Source: Lachnospiraceae bacterium
GTDB lineage: Bacteria; Bacillota; Clostridia; Lachnospirales; Lachnospiraceae
Reading direction: 5' to 3'
Assembly: GCA_017624855.1 (NCBI GenBank)
Contig: JAGAMF010000002.1
Coordinates: 67,866 to 131,865 of the forward strand
DNA length: 64,000 nt
Part shown: one piece after another, positions 27,727 to 38,636 of the stretch
Numbering within the stretch: position 1 is the first letter of the stretch
Layout of the letters: each line of letters opens with the position of its first letter
Translations under genes and position numbers: made by a program
The notes under the pieces: model-generated
Databases searched by the model: none
What the model saw: the letters and a program-made list of their open reading frames with translations, nothing else
What the model was told of the DNA's origin: nothing

Positions 27727-29921
27727 TATTCAAATGTTACCTCTTGCTCATAGGTATCCTGGGCCGCAACATTTTGAATTGTCATATTTCCGGCTTCATC
27801 GTACACTTCTTCCTGTACATAAACCGTATAAGTAATGGTTAATTTACCCTTGGGAACAGCATAAATATTGCTCAAATTAATCTGCACGGGGAAAGTTGCC
27901 GTTGTGGAATTCCACAATTCGCTTCCGTCCGGCGCAGTAAGAACTACATTGGCGGTTCCTGTTGTAAAACGGGGAGGTGCAGCAACCGAGATATTACAAT
28001 CATAATATCTGGGTTCAGGTCCTAAGCTGAGCTTGATACTTACTTCTGTACCTTCGTCAATGCTGGCACCTTCCGTATAACTTTGATAACATACCTTACC
28101 GACTTCTACCGTATCACTATAATCTTCGCTTACGGAACTGCATACCAGTCCCATATCGCTCAAGGTCTTTTTCGCCTGCTCCTCAGACATACCGATAAGA
28201 CTGGGCATGGAAACATCGGTTTTTATCTTTCCGCTACTTATTACCAAGGTTACGGTACCTTCGCGGCTCATAAAACTACCTGCTTCCGGTGTCTGGGAAA
28301 TAATATTTCCTTTTACGATTTCATCATGGTGTTCTTCCAGTTTTTCCACAACAAAACCTTCTTTTTCAAGAATTGCGGTAGCTTCAGCTTCCGACTTGTT
28401 TAATACATTGGGGACTTCCACTCCTTCACCGTTCATACACACGGTCAGCATAACCTTACTGTCTTTATCCACTTCGGTATTGGCGGTAGGTGTTACGGAT
28501 AAAACCGTATTCTCCGCCGTGCCCTCTGAAGGTGCATATTCGATGTCATATTTTAACCCAACCATATCCAAGGCCGTTTTGGCTTCATCCAAAGTGTCTC
28601 CGATTATATTGGGTACATTTACTTTATCTGCCTGCTGAGGTGAATTTCCGTTTCCAAAAATTCCCGCTGCCAATCCTGCAAAATATAAAATAACACAACC
28701 CACAATAACCGCACCGAGAATAATTAAAATGGATTTTACTTTTTCCATTACGGAATCTTCTTCATCGTCGTCATAGTTCTTTGCCTTAGACTTTGATGTA
28801 TTGGCAGGGGTTTTCTTTTTAGGAACATAATCGTCTTCCTGACGGCTTCGTACCGGACGCTCTCCCGTAATGGCCGGTTTTCTGCCTGCGGTCGATGCAG
28901 TGCCTGCCGCCTTGGCACTTGCCGGTTTGCGCTCTTCCTTTTTATCTGTATTCTGCAATGCGATTCCGCCTGCATCCGCTGCCGAAACAATCATATCCGT
29001 CTTAATGCCGGAATTGCGCTTAATCTGCTCTCTTTCCTTGTCAGACATTGCCTTGGTTACGGCACTTTTCTCAACAGCAGCCAATTTTACAAAATCCTCG
29101 TCCGGACTAATCAGGGATTTCTTTAAATCTTCAATTAATTCGGGCATCTTCTGATAACGACGATCCGGACTCTTCTGCGTACATTTTAAAACAATCTGCT
29201 CCACGCTGATAGGAATCTCCGGAACATAATTACGGGGAGAAGGCATTTCCTCCTGAATATGCTTAATGGCAATTGCCACAGTTGTATCCCCGTTAAAAGG
29301 CACACGACCGGTAAGCATTTCAAACATGGTAATACCCAAGGAATAGATATCACTCTTTTCATCACTGAAACCGCCTCTTGCCTGCTCCGGTGAAGTATAG
29401 TGAACGCTACCCATAACATTGGAAGTAATGGTGTTGCTGGTTGCAGCTTTGGCAATACCAAAGTCTGTAACCTTTACCTTACCTTCCTTGCTGATAATAA
29501 TATTCTGAGGCTTAATATCTCTGTGAATAATATTGTTATTATGAGCCGCATCAATACCCATGGAAATCTGAATTGCAATGCTGACAGCCTCTTTTACGGA
29601 AAGGCGCGCCTTCTTTTCAATATAGCGCTTTAAGGTAATACCTTCCACCAGCTCCATAACAATGTAGTTAATACCGTTTTCTTCACCAACATCGTATACA
29701 TTTACAATATTAGGGTGCATCAAACCTGCAGCAGCCTGTGCTTCCGTGCGGAACTTGGACACAAACTCCGAACTCTCACTAAACTCCTGCTTCAACACTT
29801 TTACAGCAACAAATCGGTTTAACTTATGGCATTTCGCTTTATATACGTCTGACATTCCGCCGGTCCCGATGGACTCAAGTATTTCATAGCGGTCGCCTAT
29901 CATCATACCCATTTTAATCAT
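27726..29921 (-). CDS. pknB: PASTA-domain Ser/Thr protein kinase (Stk1/PrkC/PknB)
   Basis: GTGGMSDVY, VAVK, HRDIKPQN, DFG, SPEQARG; a TM helix, then three PASTA repeats (VPNIIG, VPNVLN, MPSLIG). Confidence 0.96.
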   Translation of the reverse strand: MIKMGMMIGDRYEILESIGTGGMSDVYKAKCHKLNRFVAVKVLKQEFSESSEFVSKFRTEAQAAAGLMHPNIVNVYDVGEENGINYIVMELVEGITLKRYIEKKARLSVKEAVSIAIQISMGIDAAHNNNIIHRDIKPQNIIISKEGKVKVTDFGIAKAATSNTITSNVMGSVHYTSPEQARGGFSDEKSDIYSLGITMFEMLTGRVPFNGDTTVAIAIKHIQEEMPSPRNYVPEIPISVEQIVLKCTQKSPDRRYQKMPELIEDLKKSLISPDEDFVKLAAVEKSAVTKAMSDKEREQIKRNSGIKTDMIVSAADAGGIALQNTDKKEERKPASAKAAGTASTAGRKPAITGERPVRSRQEDDYVPKKKTPANTSKSKAKNYDDDEEDSVMEKVKSILIILGAVIVGCVILYFAGLAAGIFGNGNSPQQADKVNVPNIIGDTLDEAKTALDMVGLKYDIEYAPSEGTAENTVLSVTPTANTEVDKDSKVMLTVCMNGEGVEVPNVLNKSEAEATAILEKEGFVVEKLEEHHDEIVKGNIISQTPEAGSFMSREGTVTLVISSGKIKTDVSMPSLIGMSEEQAKKTLSDMGLVCSSVSEDYSDTVEVGKVCYQSYTEGASIDEGTEVSIKLSLGPEPRYYDCNISVAAPPRFTTGTANVVLTAPDGSELWNSTTATFPVQINLSNIYAVPKGKLTITYTVYVQEEVYDEAGNMTIQNVAAQDTYEQEVTFE

Positions 29922-29935
29922 ACTTTACCTCACAA

Positions 29936-30661
29936 CTATATCTGTTCCATCAACACAACGGCTATATTGTCTTTACCGCCATTGTTGTTGGCTATCTTTA
30001 TCAGTTCCTCCGCCTTATGTTCAAGGCCTTTTTCCCTTTTTAAAATTTCAAGAATATCTTCGTCCTCAATCATATTGGTAAGTCCGTCCGAACACATGAG
30101 AACGATATCCCCTTTCTGTAAATCAACCTCAAAAAAGTCCACATTCACAGTATCCATGGCACCGACTGCCCTGGTAATGATGTTTTTATCCGGATGATTT
30201 CTTGCAGACACCCTGTCAAGCTTACCCATGGAAATCATTTCTTCCACATAAGAATGGTCTCTTGTAATCTGCTTGATTTCATCGTTTACCACATACAAAC
30301 GGCTGTCACCGACATTTGCCACATAGAGAATTCCGTCTTTATAGGTGGATGCCACCACAGTGGTACCCATACCTACCATATTTTCGTCCTCCATGGCTTT
30401 GCGCCGCACTCTCTGATTGGCACGCTGAATGGCACTTTGCAGTATCTCTACCGGCTCTTTGTTTTTGGCCTTTCCCACTTCTTCAATAATGGTTTCCACC
30501 GTATATTTCGAAGCAAAATCACCGGCCTTATGACCGCCCATACCGTCAGCCACCACAAACAGATTGGGTAAACATCCCAAAGGCAATTCGGATGTGAAAA
30601 CAAAATCCTGATTCAGTTGTCTTTTCCTTCCTATATCCGTAACGGAAAACGACCTTATCAC
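29936..30661 (-). CDS. stp: PP2C-type Ser/Thr phosphatase (Stp1/PrpC)
   Basis: DIGRKRQLNQD, VADGMGGH, MGTT, NVGDSR, CSDGL, GGKDN. GTG start at 30661 after AGGAGG. Confidence 0.95.
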   Translation of the reverse strand: MIRSFSVTDIGRKRQLNQDFVFTSELPLGCLPNLFVVADGMGGHKAGDFASKYTVETIIEEVGKAKNKEPVEILQSAIQRANQRVRRKAMEDENMVGMGTTVVASTYKDGILYVANVGDSRLYVVNDEIKQITRDHSYVEEMISMGKLDRVSARNHPDKNIITRAVGAMDTVNVDFFEVDLQKGDIVLMCSDGLTNMIEDEDILEILKREKGLEHKAEELIKIANNNGGKDNIAVVLMEQI

Positions 30662-30674
30662 TTCAAGTATCCTC

Positions 30675-31709
30675 CTACTGTTCTTTCTGAACATGGCGTC
30701 TTCTAAGCTGTCCACAGGCACCGTCAATATCTCTGCCCATTTCCCTTCTTATTGTACATTGAATTTTACTTTTTTCAAGCTTATTTTTAAACCGCTCCGT
30801 GTTTTGGCGGTTGGTAGAAACATAATCTCTTTCTTTTATGGGGTTTACGGGAATTAAATTTACATGGCAATTTTTTCCCTGTAAAAGAGAAATTAATTCT
30901 TCTGCTTCATTATCATTGTCATTTACTCCTGCAACCAGAGCGTATTCAAAGCTGATACGTCTGCCGGTCTTTGCAAAATAGTAATCGCAGGCATCCATCA
31001 CTTCCGCAAGAGAATATTTCTTCGCAATGGGCATCAATTCCTTACGCTTCTCATCATTGGGTGCGTGAAGGGATAATGCCAGGGTAATCTGTAAATTCTC
31101 GTCTGCAAGCTTACGAATCTGGGGCACAAGTCCGCAGGTGGACACCGTAATGTTTCGCTGGCTGATATTTAATCCGTCCTCGTTGGTAAGCAATTCAATA
31201 AAACGAACCAAATGATCATAATTATCCATAGGTTCACCGGTACCCATAACCACCACATTGGATACTCTCTCACCGGTAATTCTGGTAATTGCATAGATTT
31301 GCTCCAACATTTCCGAAGGTAAAAGATTTCTCTCCCACCCATCCAAAGTGGAGGCGCAGAATCTGCATCCCATTTTGCAGCCCACCTGGGAAGAAATACA
31401 AACCGAATTACCGTGGTGATATTTCATCCATACACTTTCCACAAGGTTTCCGTCGGGCAAGGCAAAAAGGAACTTTTTGGTGCCGTCAATTTTAGATTCC
31501 TGAACCTGAACCGTTTCCAGACTCACATACTCAAAACGCTCCTTACAGGCATCACGCATAGCCTTGGGCAAATTGGCCATATCATCGAAACTTACCGCCA
31601 GTTTTTTATGCATCCATTCATACATCTGGCCTGCGCGAAATGCCTTCTCGCCCATAGCTGTTAATTCGGTTTTTAATTCCTGTAATGTCAGGGACTTAAT
31701 ATCCGTCAT
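30675..31709 (-). CDS. rlmN: 23S rRNA m2A2503 methyltransferase (radical SAM)
   Basis: CISSQVGCKMGCRFC, MGTGEP, SLHA, NLIP, DIDGACGQL. Confidence 0.96.
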   Translation of the reverse strand: MTDIKSLTLQELKTELTAMGEKAFRAGQMYEWMHKKLAVSFDDMANLPKAMRDACKERFEYVSLETVQVQESKIDGTKKFLFALPDGNLVESVWMKYHHGNSVCISSQVGCKMGCRFCASTLDGWERNLLPSEMLEQIYAITRITGERVSNVVVMGTGEPMDNYDHLVRFIELLTNEDGLNISQRNITVSTCGLVPQIRKLADENLQITLALSLHAPNDEKRKELMPIAKKYSLAEVMDACDYYFAKTGRRISFEYALVAGVNDNDNEAEELISLLQGKNCHVNLIPVNPIKERDYVSTNRQNTERFKNKLEKSKIQCTIRREMGRDIDGACGQLRRRHVQKEQ

Positions 31710-31766
31710 TTTATCACCGTTTACTTCCGTATTCCCATAAAAGCAAGCGCTTTATCGTAATACCTC

Positions 31767-33134
31767 TTATATCCTTCTTAATTTTGCAATGTAAAAACCG
31801 TCGCACTGCTGCACGCCGCGGAACAGCTGTAAAGTCTTATCCGCTCCCACAGCCTTCCGTAAAGTCTCCGGCAAACAGTCTTCCACAGACACAACTTCTA
31901 ACGGAAGATTCTCTGTCATCCATTTTACATTGTCATTGTTTTCCGCCCGATTTACGGTACAGGTACTGTAAAGAAGTATTCCGCCCTTCTTCACATATCG
32001 GTATGCATTGCTTAGAATCTCCCGCTGCAGCTTCACGATTTCAGCAAGGTCTTCTTCTTTTAATCTGTATTTGATATCGACTTTTTTACCAAGAACCCCA
32101 AGACCGGAGCAAGGCACATCCGCCAATACCACATCGGCTTTTTCCGCGAATTCTTCCATAAAAACAGTGGCATCCGCCACACGAACCTCCACATTGGTAA
32201 GCCCCATTCTGCGTATATTCTCTGTAATGCGCCCTGTTTTATATTCCGACACATCGCAGGAATACACCTTACCGGTACCCTGCAACTTCGTTGCCACATG
32301 CATGGTTTTGCCACCGGGTGCCGCACAGATATCAATCACCGTCTGCCCGTACTTAATTCCCGCACATTCGCACACCAACATGGAACTGACATCCTGCACG
32401 GTAAAATAACCGTCTTCATATCCTGCCAAATCCTGCACGGCAGAACCGCCTGACAAGGCATAGGCATATGGCAAATATTCGCTTTGCGTCACCTTAACTC
32501 CTGCTGCTGTCCACTTTCCAACAAGATCCTCTACCGCATACCGGGCAAGATTCTCATTCATACGCACACTTACCGGATTATCCTGCAAAGAAGCCTGCAA
32601 CATAGCTTCCGTAGTTGCTTCGCCATACTGCTCGCACCACAATTTTACAATCCATTCCGGCATAGAATAAAAAACAGACGCATATTTAATAAAATCATCT
32701 TCCTTTTTAGGATATGCTATACTGTCCTTATTACGGCAAATCGTTCTCAATACGCCGTTTACAAAACCGGTAAGCCCCTGAAAACCTTTTTTCTTGGCCA
32801 GACTTACCGCCAAGTTACAGGCAGCTGTATCATAGACATTGTCCATGTACAGAATCTGATACGCACCCATCTCCATAATGAAACGAATGACCGGTTTCAT
32901 CTTATTCGTCTTGGTTTTGGAAAATCCGTCAATGACATAATCCAATTCAATTTTACGCTCCAGACAGCCGGTTGCCAGTTTTTTTATAAAAGCCTTCTTT
33001 TTGCCGTCCAGATAATTATATTTATCCAGTACTCCTTTCAGAACAACATTGATGTACTCCCCTTTATTGTTTACTTCCAATAAAGTTTCCAGCACCAACT
33101 GTCTTAAAAGAAGATCATCCTTCTCACCGGGCAT
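31767..33134 (-). CDS. rsmB: 16S rRNA m5C967 methyltransferase (NusB-RsmB)
   Basis: N-terminal NusB-like domain (GFVNGVLR), VQDVSS, DICAAPGGKT, DVPCSGLG, YSTCT. Start at MPGEK after GGGAGG. Confidence 0.95.
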   Translation of the reverse strand: MPGEKDDLLLRQLVLETLLEVNNKGEYINVVLKGVLDKYNYLDGKKKAFIKKLATGCLERKIELDYVIDGFSKTKTNKMKPVIRFIMEMGAYQILYMDNVYDTAACNLAVSLAKKKGFQGLTGFVNGVLRTICRNKDSIAYPKKEDDFIKYASVFYSMPEWIVKLWCEQYGEATTEAMLQASLQDNPVSVRMNENLARYAVEDLVGKWTAAGVKVTQSEYLPYAYALSGGSAVQDLAGYEDGYFTVQDVSSMLVCECAGIKYGQTVIDICAAPGGKTMHVATKLQGTGKVYSCDVSEYKTGRITENIRRMGLTNVEVRVADATVFMEEFAEKADVVLADVPCSGLGVLGKKVDIKYRLKEEDLAEIVKLQREILSNAYRYVKKGGILLYSTCTVNRAENNDNVKWMTENLPLEVVSVEDCLPETLRKAVGADKTLQLFRGVQQCDGFYIAKLRRI

Positions 33135-33171
33135 AATTTCCTCCCGCAATTATTATCCAATCTAAAATTCG

Positions 33172-34113
33172 TTAATCCTTCTTAATGCCGAAGTACATTC
33201 CTTTTTCCAGCTTATTGCCCAACAAAAAGTCATGTACCGTCATTCTCTTCTTACCTTCCGGCTGAAGTTCTTTTATTTCAAGGGTTCCTTCACCGGTATT
33301 TACGATAAGACTGTCTTTGGTTACTTCGCACAATTCACCGGGCTTACCGCTTACGGGGCAATCACTCAATGCTACGGCACAGATTTTCATCATTTTACCG
33401 TTTAAGAAGGTAAAAGTTCCGGGCCAGGGGTATAAGCCTCTTACCAGATGCTCAATATCATCGGCACTTTTATTCCAGTCAATATGACCAAGCTCTTTCT
33501 TTAACATAGATGCATAGCAGGTCTTACCGTCTCCCTGAGGCACCGGTGTAAGACTACCTTCTTCAATGGCAACCAGAGCTTTTACAATCATCTCAGCCCC
33601 AAGCTCACTTAATTTATCGTGGAGACTTTCACCGGTTTCGTCCGCCGCAATGGGAATGCTTTCTTTCATCAGCATATCTCCGGTATCCAATCCCTCATCC
33701 ATCTGCATAATGGTTACGCCGGTTTCTTTCTCCTTATTCAGAATAACCGCCTGAATGGGAGCCGCACCTCTGTACATAGGTAAAAGAGAAGCATGAATAT
33801 TGACGCATCCGTACTTGGGCATATGCAAAATCTCGGAAGAAAGAATCTGCCCGAAAGCCGCTACCACAAAAATGTCCGCTTCGAAAGTTTTTAAGTATTC
33901 CACAGCTTCCCGTTCTTTGATTTTTACCGGCTGAAACACGGGGATATCATGAGCGATGGCACATTTTTTAACCGGTGTCATCTGCATCTCTTTGCCACGG
34001 CCCTTGGGTTTATCCGGCTGGGTAACCACCAAAACCACATCATGACCTGCCTCTATAATACTTTCCAATGCACCCACGGCAAAATCCGGGGTTCCCATAT
34101 ATACAACTTTCAT
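33172..34113 (-). CDS. fmt: Methionyl-tRNA formyltransferase
   Basis: YMGTPDFA, TQPDKPKGRG, NIHASLLPMYRGAAPIQ, GLDTGD. Confidence 0.98.
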   Translation of the reverse strand: MKVVYMGTPDFAVGALESIIEAGHDVVLVVTQPDKPKGRGKEMQMTPVKKCAIAHDIPVFQPVKIKEREAVEYLKTFEADIFVVAAFGQILSSEILHMPKYGCVNIHASLLPMYRGAAPIQAVILNKEKETGVTIMQMDEGLDTGDMLMKESIPIAADETGESLHDKLSELGAEMIVKALVAIEEGSLTPVPQGDGKTCYASMLKKELGHIDWNKSADDIEHLVRGLYPWPGTFTFLNGKMMKICAVALSDCPVSGKPGELCEVTKDSLIVNTGEGTLEIKELQPEGKKRMTVHDFLLGNKLEKGMYFGIKKD

Positions 34114-34181
34114 CTTCTATCCTCACACCCTCCGAATTGCACTTTTAACACAAATATGCAACTCCATGATAAAAACCGAAA

Positions 34182-34658
34182 TTATTCTTCGTTGCTGACA
34201 TCCTGAAGAGGACCTTCTACCAAATCCACATAGAGCTTACCTTCCAAATGGTCCAATTCATGACAAATTGCTCTTGCCAGAAGCTCAGTACCTTCGATTT
34301 CAAAAAGCTCCATATTTTCATCATAAGCTATCGCTTTCACATAATTGGGTCTGGTTACGTTACCTGCCTTACCGGGCACGGACAAACAACCTTCGCTTCC
34401 GGTCTGCTCTCCGGAAGTCTCAATAATTCTGGGATTGATCATAATAATCGGATCGTCGCCTTCTTCGGAAACATCGATTACGACGATTCTTTTTAAAACG
34501 CCGATCTGAGGTGCTGCAAGTCCCACACCGTTGGATTCATACATTGTATCCAGCATATCTTCAATCAATGTTACGGTACGGGGAGTAACTTCCTTAACTT
34601 CCTTACATACCTGATTTAAAACCTCATCTCCCATTACTCTGACTTTTCTCAGTGCCAT
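34182..34658 (-). CDS. def: Peptide deformylase
   Basis: GVGLAAPQIG, EGCLSVPG, HELDHL. Start at MALRK after GGAGG. Confidence 0.98.
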   Translation of the reverse strand: MALRKVRVMGDEVLNQVCKEVKEVTPRTVTLIEDMLDTMYESNGVGLAAPQIGVLKRIVVIDVSEEGDDPIIMINPRIIETSGEQTGSEGCLSVPGKAGNVTRPNYVKAIAYDENMELFEIEGTELLARAICHELDHLEGKLYVDLVEGPLQDVSNEE

Positions 34659-34687
34659 TATTTCCTCCATTCTTGCCCTCCGGCAAT

Positions 34688-36916
34688 TTAAAATGTATTC
34701 ATCGGATTAAAATCAAACTGTATCATTTCTTTTTTCGGTTCCCAAATGCGAATGCATTCTTCCATTCTGTCTTTTATACGAACCAGTTCATCGTAATCCT
34801 TATGCTTATAGTATATTACACGGCGATACAGATCGCTCTTTTTTCCAAGGGAAGCCTTGGCCGGTCCGATTTGTATCGGTGCCGCGGCGAAATCCATTTT
34901 CTTAACTTCTTCCGCCAGTCTTTCTGCCAATTTATCCAAAACACCTTCGTAAGGTCCTGTCAGCTGTACCGCCAGCATGTTTGCTGCCGGAGGATACATA
35001 AGAAACTCCCTGTATAAAAACTCTTCCTCGTAAAAGTTTTCATAATCCTGAGCAGCCGCATGGGTTACCGCATAATGCTCCGGCTGATATGTCTGAATGA
35101 TGACCTCGCCGGGCAATTCACCTCTTCCGGCCCGGCCCGCAGCCTGGGTCAGCAGCTGAAATGTTCTCTCCGCGGAACGAAAATCATTGTCCGACAAGGA
35201 TAAATCCGCCGCCAGAATTCCCATGAGAGTTACCCCCGGAAAATCATGTCCTTTTACAATCATCTGAGTTCCCAAAAGGATATCCGCCTCTTTATTGGCA
35301 AATTTGGATAAAATCGTTTCATAGTCGTCCTTATGCTTGGTGGTATCCGCATCCATACGCAAAACCACGGCTTCGGGAAACTGCTTATGAATCGCTTCTT
35401 CAATCTGCTGAGTTCCCGCCTTAAAACCTGCCACCTTATTGGAACCGCAGGCAGGACATATTTTAACGGCCGGCTGTTCATAACCGCAATAGTGGCACAT
35501 CAGCTTGTCACCACGATGTTCAGACAACGACACATCGCAATGGGGACATTTTATTACCTCACCACAATTTCGGCAGGACACAAAGCCTGCATATCCGCGA
35601 CGGTTTAAAAACAACATCATCTGCTCGCCTTTTTCCAGTCTGTCTTCTATAAGCTCTTTTAAGCGACGACTGAATATGCTTCTGTTTCCGGCCTTCAACT
35701 CTTCTCGCAAATCCACGATATTGACATTGGCAAGGGTTCCGCCGGTAAGACGCTCTTTTAAGGTAAAAAGGCGATACTCTCCGTTTTTGGCCTTGGTATA
35801 GCTTTCCAAAGAAGGTGTTGCTGAGCCAAGCACCACAGCCCCGCCGGCTCTTGATGCAATTTCCTGCGCCACTTCTCTGGCATGATATTTGGGCATGGTT
35901 TCACTTTTGTAAGTAGCCTCATGCTCTTCGTCTATAATAATAATTCCCAAATTTGAAAAGGGTGTGAATAAAGCCGAACGGGGGCCTATCATAATACTGA
36001 CTTCCCCTTTGCGCGCCCTTTCAAACTGATCAAAACGCTCTCCTTGTGACAGTCTGGAGTGCATAATCGATACCTTATCACCGAATCTTTTATAAAAACG
36101 AACCACATTCTGGTAGGTTAAGGATATTTCGGGAATTAAAAGAATGGCCTGCTGCCCCTGCTCCAAACGCTTGGCAATGAGTTCCATATACACTTCCGTT
36201 TTACCGCTTCCCGTAATACCATGAATTAAATAAACGCCCGGATTTCCTTCTTGGTAGTCTTTATTGATTTCATGTACGATATACTGCTGATGTTGACTTA
36301 ATCTGACCGGTTCGGATTCATCTTTACGAAAGCTTACCGGATTTCGGTAACTGCGCTCTTTTTCAAGCTCAATGAGCCCCTGTTTCTCCATGGACAGCAC
36401 AGTCTGAGCACTTACATTTAATTTCCCGATTACTAAAGAATAATCAATACGGGGACTTTCGCACAACGCATATAAAAGTCTGGCCTTGGCTCTCTGACTC
36501 TTACGCTCTGCAACCGCAGCCGCTTCCAACAATTCCGCCTCATCTTTTAAGGCAATGACCGATTTCTTTTCCAATGCCTTGGTTACTTTTTTTACGGGTA
36601 AAACCGTTTTTAAGGCAGTAATCATGGTGGAGCCGTATTTTTCTTTTATAAAAGAGGCGATGCCGATTAACTTCTCTTCCGGCGAAACGCTTTTGTTGCA
36701 AATTGAGGCAATGTCTTTGATTTTGCTTTCGTCATAGTCTACTTTATCGCAAAAACCGACCACATACCCCGTAATCAAACGATTCCCCTTACCGAAAGGC
36801 ACCTCTACCTTACTGCCGGCAGAAATCTGCCCTTTTAATTCTTCCGGAATGCGATAACTGAAGGGGCGGTCCACATTCTCATGGGATATATCTACAATAA
36901 CCTGTGCATATGACAT
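34688..36916 (-). CDS. priA: Primosomal protein N' (replication restart helicase)
   Basis: GITGSGKTEVY, DEEHE, SATPS, LNRRGY, four CxxC pairs, GTQMIVKGHDF, QAAGRAGR. Confidence 0.97.
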   Translation of the reverse strand: MSYAQVIVDISHENVDRPFSYRIPEELKGQISAGSKVEVPFGKGNRLITGYVVGFCDKVDYDESKIKDIASICNKSVSPEEKLIGIASFIKEKYGSTMITALKTVLPVKKVTKALEKKSVIALKDEAELLEAAAVAERKSQRAKARLLYALCESPRIDYSLVIGKLNVSAQTVLSMEKQGLIELEKERSYRNPVSFRKDESEPVRLSQHQQYIVHEINKDYQEGNPGVYLIHGITGSGKTEVYMELIAKRLEQGQQAILLIPEISLTYQNVVRFYKRFGDKVSIMHSRLSQGERFDQFERARKGEVSIMIGPRSALFTPFSNLGIIIIDEEHEATYKSETMPKYHAREVAQEIASRAGGAVVLGSATPSLESYTKAKNGEYRLFTLKERLTGGTLANVNIVDLREELKAGNRSIFSRRLKELIEDRLEKGEQMMLFLNRRGYAGFVSCRNCGEVIKCPHCDVSLSEHRGDKLMCHYCGYEQPAVKICPACGSNKVAGFKAGTQQIEEAIHKQFPEAVVLRMDADTTKHKDDYETILSKFANKEADILLGTQMIVKGHDFPGVTLMGILAADLSLSDNDFRSAERTFQLLTQAAGRAGRGELPGEVIIQTYQPEHYAVTHAAAQDYENFYEEEFLYREFLMYPPAANMLAVQLTGPYEGVLDKLAERLAEEVKKMDFAAAPIQIGPAKASLGKKSDLYRRVIYYKHKDYDELVRIKDRMEECIRIWEPKKEMIQFDFNPMNTF

Positions 36917-37014
36917 ATCCTTCTCCTCCCTTATCCTTGTTCTGCCGATTATGCTTTATGCAATTTACGGCATCAGTTATATCATCCGTCTTTTTTATCA
37001 TAAAAACAATAAAC

Positions 37015-38490
37015 TTATTGTTTACTGTCTTCTTCTAAAATTTCTTTAATCAAAACCCGTTCGTCCATAGGGTATTTTTTACCCTCGATTTCCTGATAAT
37101 CCTCATGTCCTTTGCCGGCAAGCACAATAATGTCACCGGGAAGGGCATTGTGAATCGCGTAAGCAATGGCTTCCTTACGATTTACGATTTCCACATATGC
37201 TCCCGTGGTTTTTTGAATTCCCGTACGAATATCCGCAATAATATCCTCCGGCTTCTCAAATCGGGGATTATCGGAAGTAATAATGGTCAAATCCGCCAAC
37301 TTACCGCTGACCTCTCCCATTTCGTAACGGCGCAGTTTGGAGCGGTTTCCGCCGCATCCGAACATACAAACCAAACGCTTGGGATTGTATTCTTTTAAGG
37401 TTGTCAAAAGACTTTCCAATGCCATGGCATTATGAGCATAATCTATCATCAGGGAAAATTCCGGAGAAATGGGAATCATCTCGATTCTTCCCTTTACATG
37501 AGCCTTCAATAAGGCTTCCTTCATTCGCTCCTCTTCCACCGCAAAGTGCCTGCAAATTGCAACGGCAGTCAGGGCATTGTACACACTAAACCGACCGGGA
37601 CTTGGCACCTTAATCTGCGCATTTAATTTGCCGGATACGCTGAATTTTACACCCAGTTCTCCTTTTTCACGATACAAAGTCACATCCTTGGCTTGAATAT
37701 CCGCACTCTCTTTGAAGCCGTAAGTCTCCACTTCGCAGGTATGACCTTCCAACAGTGCACTTACATGAGAATCGTCCCCGTTCACAATACCTACCTTACA
37801 CTGCTTAAAAAGAAGACCTTTACATGCCATATATTCTTCAAAACTGCCATGTTCGTTAGGGCCGATATGATCCGGTTCCAAATTGGTAAAGATACCCAAA
37901 TCAAAAACAAATCCTTGGGTTCTGTGCATCATAAGTCCCTGAGAAGACACTTCCATCACTACCGCATCGCAACCCTCTTCTGCCATTTGCGCAAAATATT
38001 CCTGCAACACATATGATTCCGGGGTTGTATTAAGCGCCGGAATATGTTTCTCACCGATAATAGTCTCAATCGTACCTACAAGACCTACTTTTAAACCTGC
38101 ATTTTCCAAGATGGAGCGCACCATATAAGTCGTTGTGGTTTTTCCCTTGGTTCCGGTAATACCGATTACCTTCATTTTTTCTGCCGGATGGCCAAAATAC
38201 GCCGCCGAAATAAAAGCAAGAGCATAGCGTGTATTCTCTACTTTTATCAAAGAAACTTGGGAATCTTCCGGAACTTCCACATCCTTGGATATTACCAGAC
38301 AGGCAGCCCCCTTCTCAACCATTTGGGCCGCAACGGAATGACCGTCAAAATTACTGCCTTCAATGCAGACAAAGAGGGAACCATCTTCCACTTTTCTGGA
38401 ATCGTAGCAAACCGTTGTAATCTCCCGGTCTTCCGATCCTTTTATACATTCATATGAAAGTTTTGCCAATAAATCCGATAATTTTGCCAT
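37015..38490 (-). CDS. murE: UDP-MurNAc-L-Ala-D-Glu--meso-diaminopimelate ligase
   Basis: DSRKV, GITGTKGKTTT, TTPES, MEVSS, DYAHN, FGCGGNR, DNPR (mDAP-specific), AGKGHE. Confidence 0.96.
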   Translation of the reverse strand: MAKLSDLLAKLSYECIKGSEDREITTVCYDSRKVEDGSLFVCIEGSNFDGHSVAAQMVEKGAACLVISKDVEVPEDSQVSLIKVENTRYALAFISAAYFGHPAEKMKVIGITGTKGKTTTTYMVRSILENAGLKVGLVGTIETIIGEKHIPALNTTPESYVLQEYFAQMAEEGCDAVVMEVSSQGLMMHRTQGFVFDLGIFTNLEPDHIGPNEHGSFEEYMACKGLLFKQCKVGIVNGDDSHVSALLEGHTCEVETYGFKESADIQAKDVTLYREKGELGVKFSVSGKLNAQIKVPSPGRFSVYNALTAVAICRHFAVEEERMKEALLKAHVKGRIEMIPISPEFSLMIDYAHNAMALESLLTTLKEYNPKRLVCMFGCGGNRSKLRRYEMGEVSGKLADLTIITSDNPRFEKPEDIIADIRTGIQKTTGAYVEIVNRKEAIAYAIHNALPGDIIVLAGKGHEDYQEIEGKKYPMDERVLIKEILEEDSKQ

Positions 38491-38636
38491 ACCATGCTCC
38501 CTTCGGGAATATATATTAAAAAACAAAAGTTCCTGCCCTTGCGGCGCAGATAAAATAAATTATATTATTATAACATATTATCCGCTTTTTATCCATAGTT
38601 GTCTTTGGCTTTCACCGTTTGCTTTTTATTCAAAAC

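Noticed and set aside
37015-38490. murE lying outside the dcw cluster, with no murF between spoVD and mraY
   Set aside because: Dispersal of mur genes is common in clostridial genomes and is not evidence of a special system.
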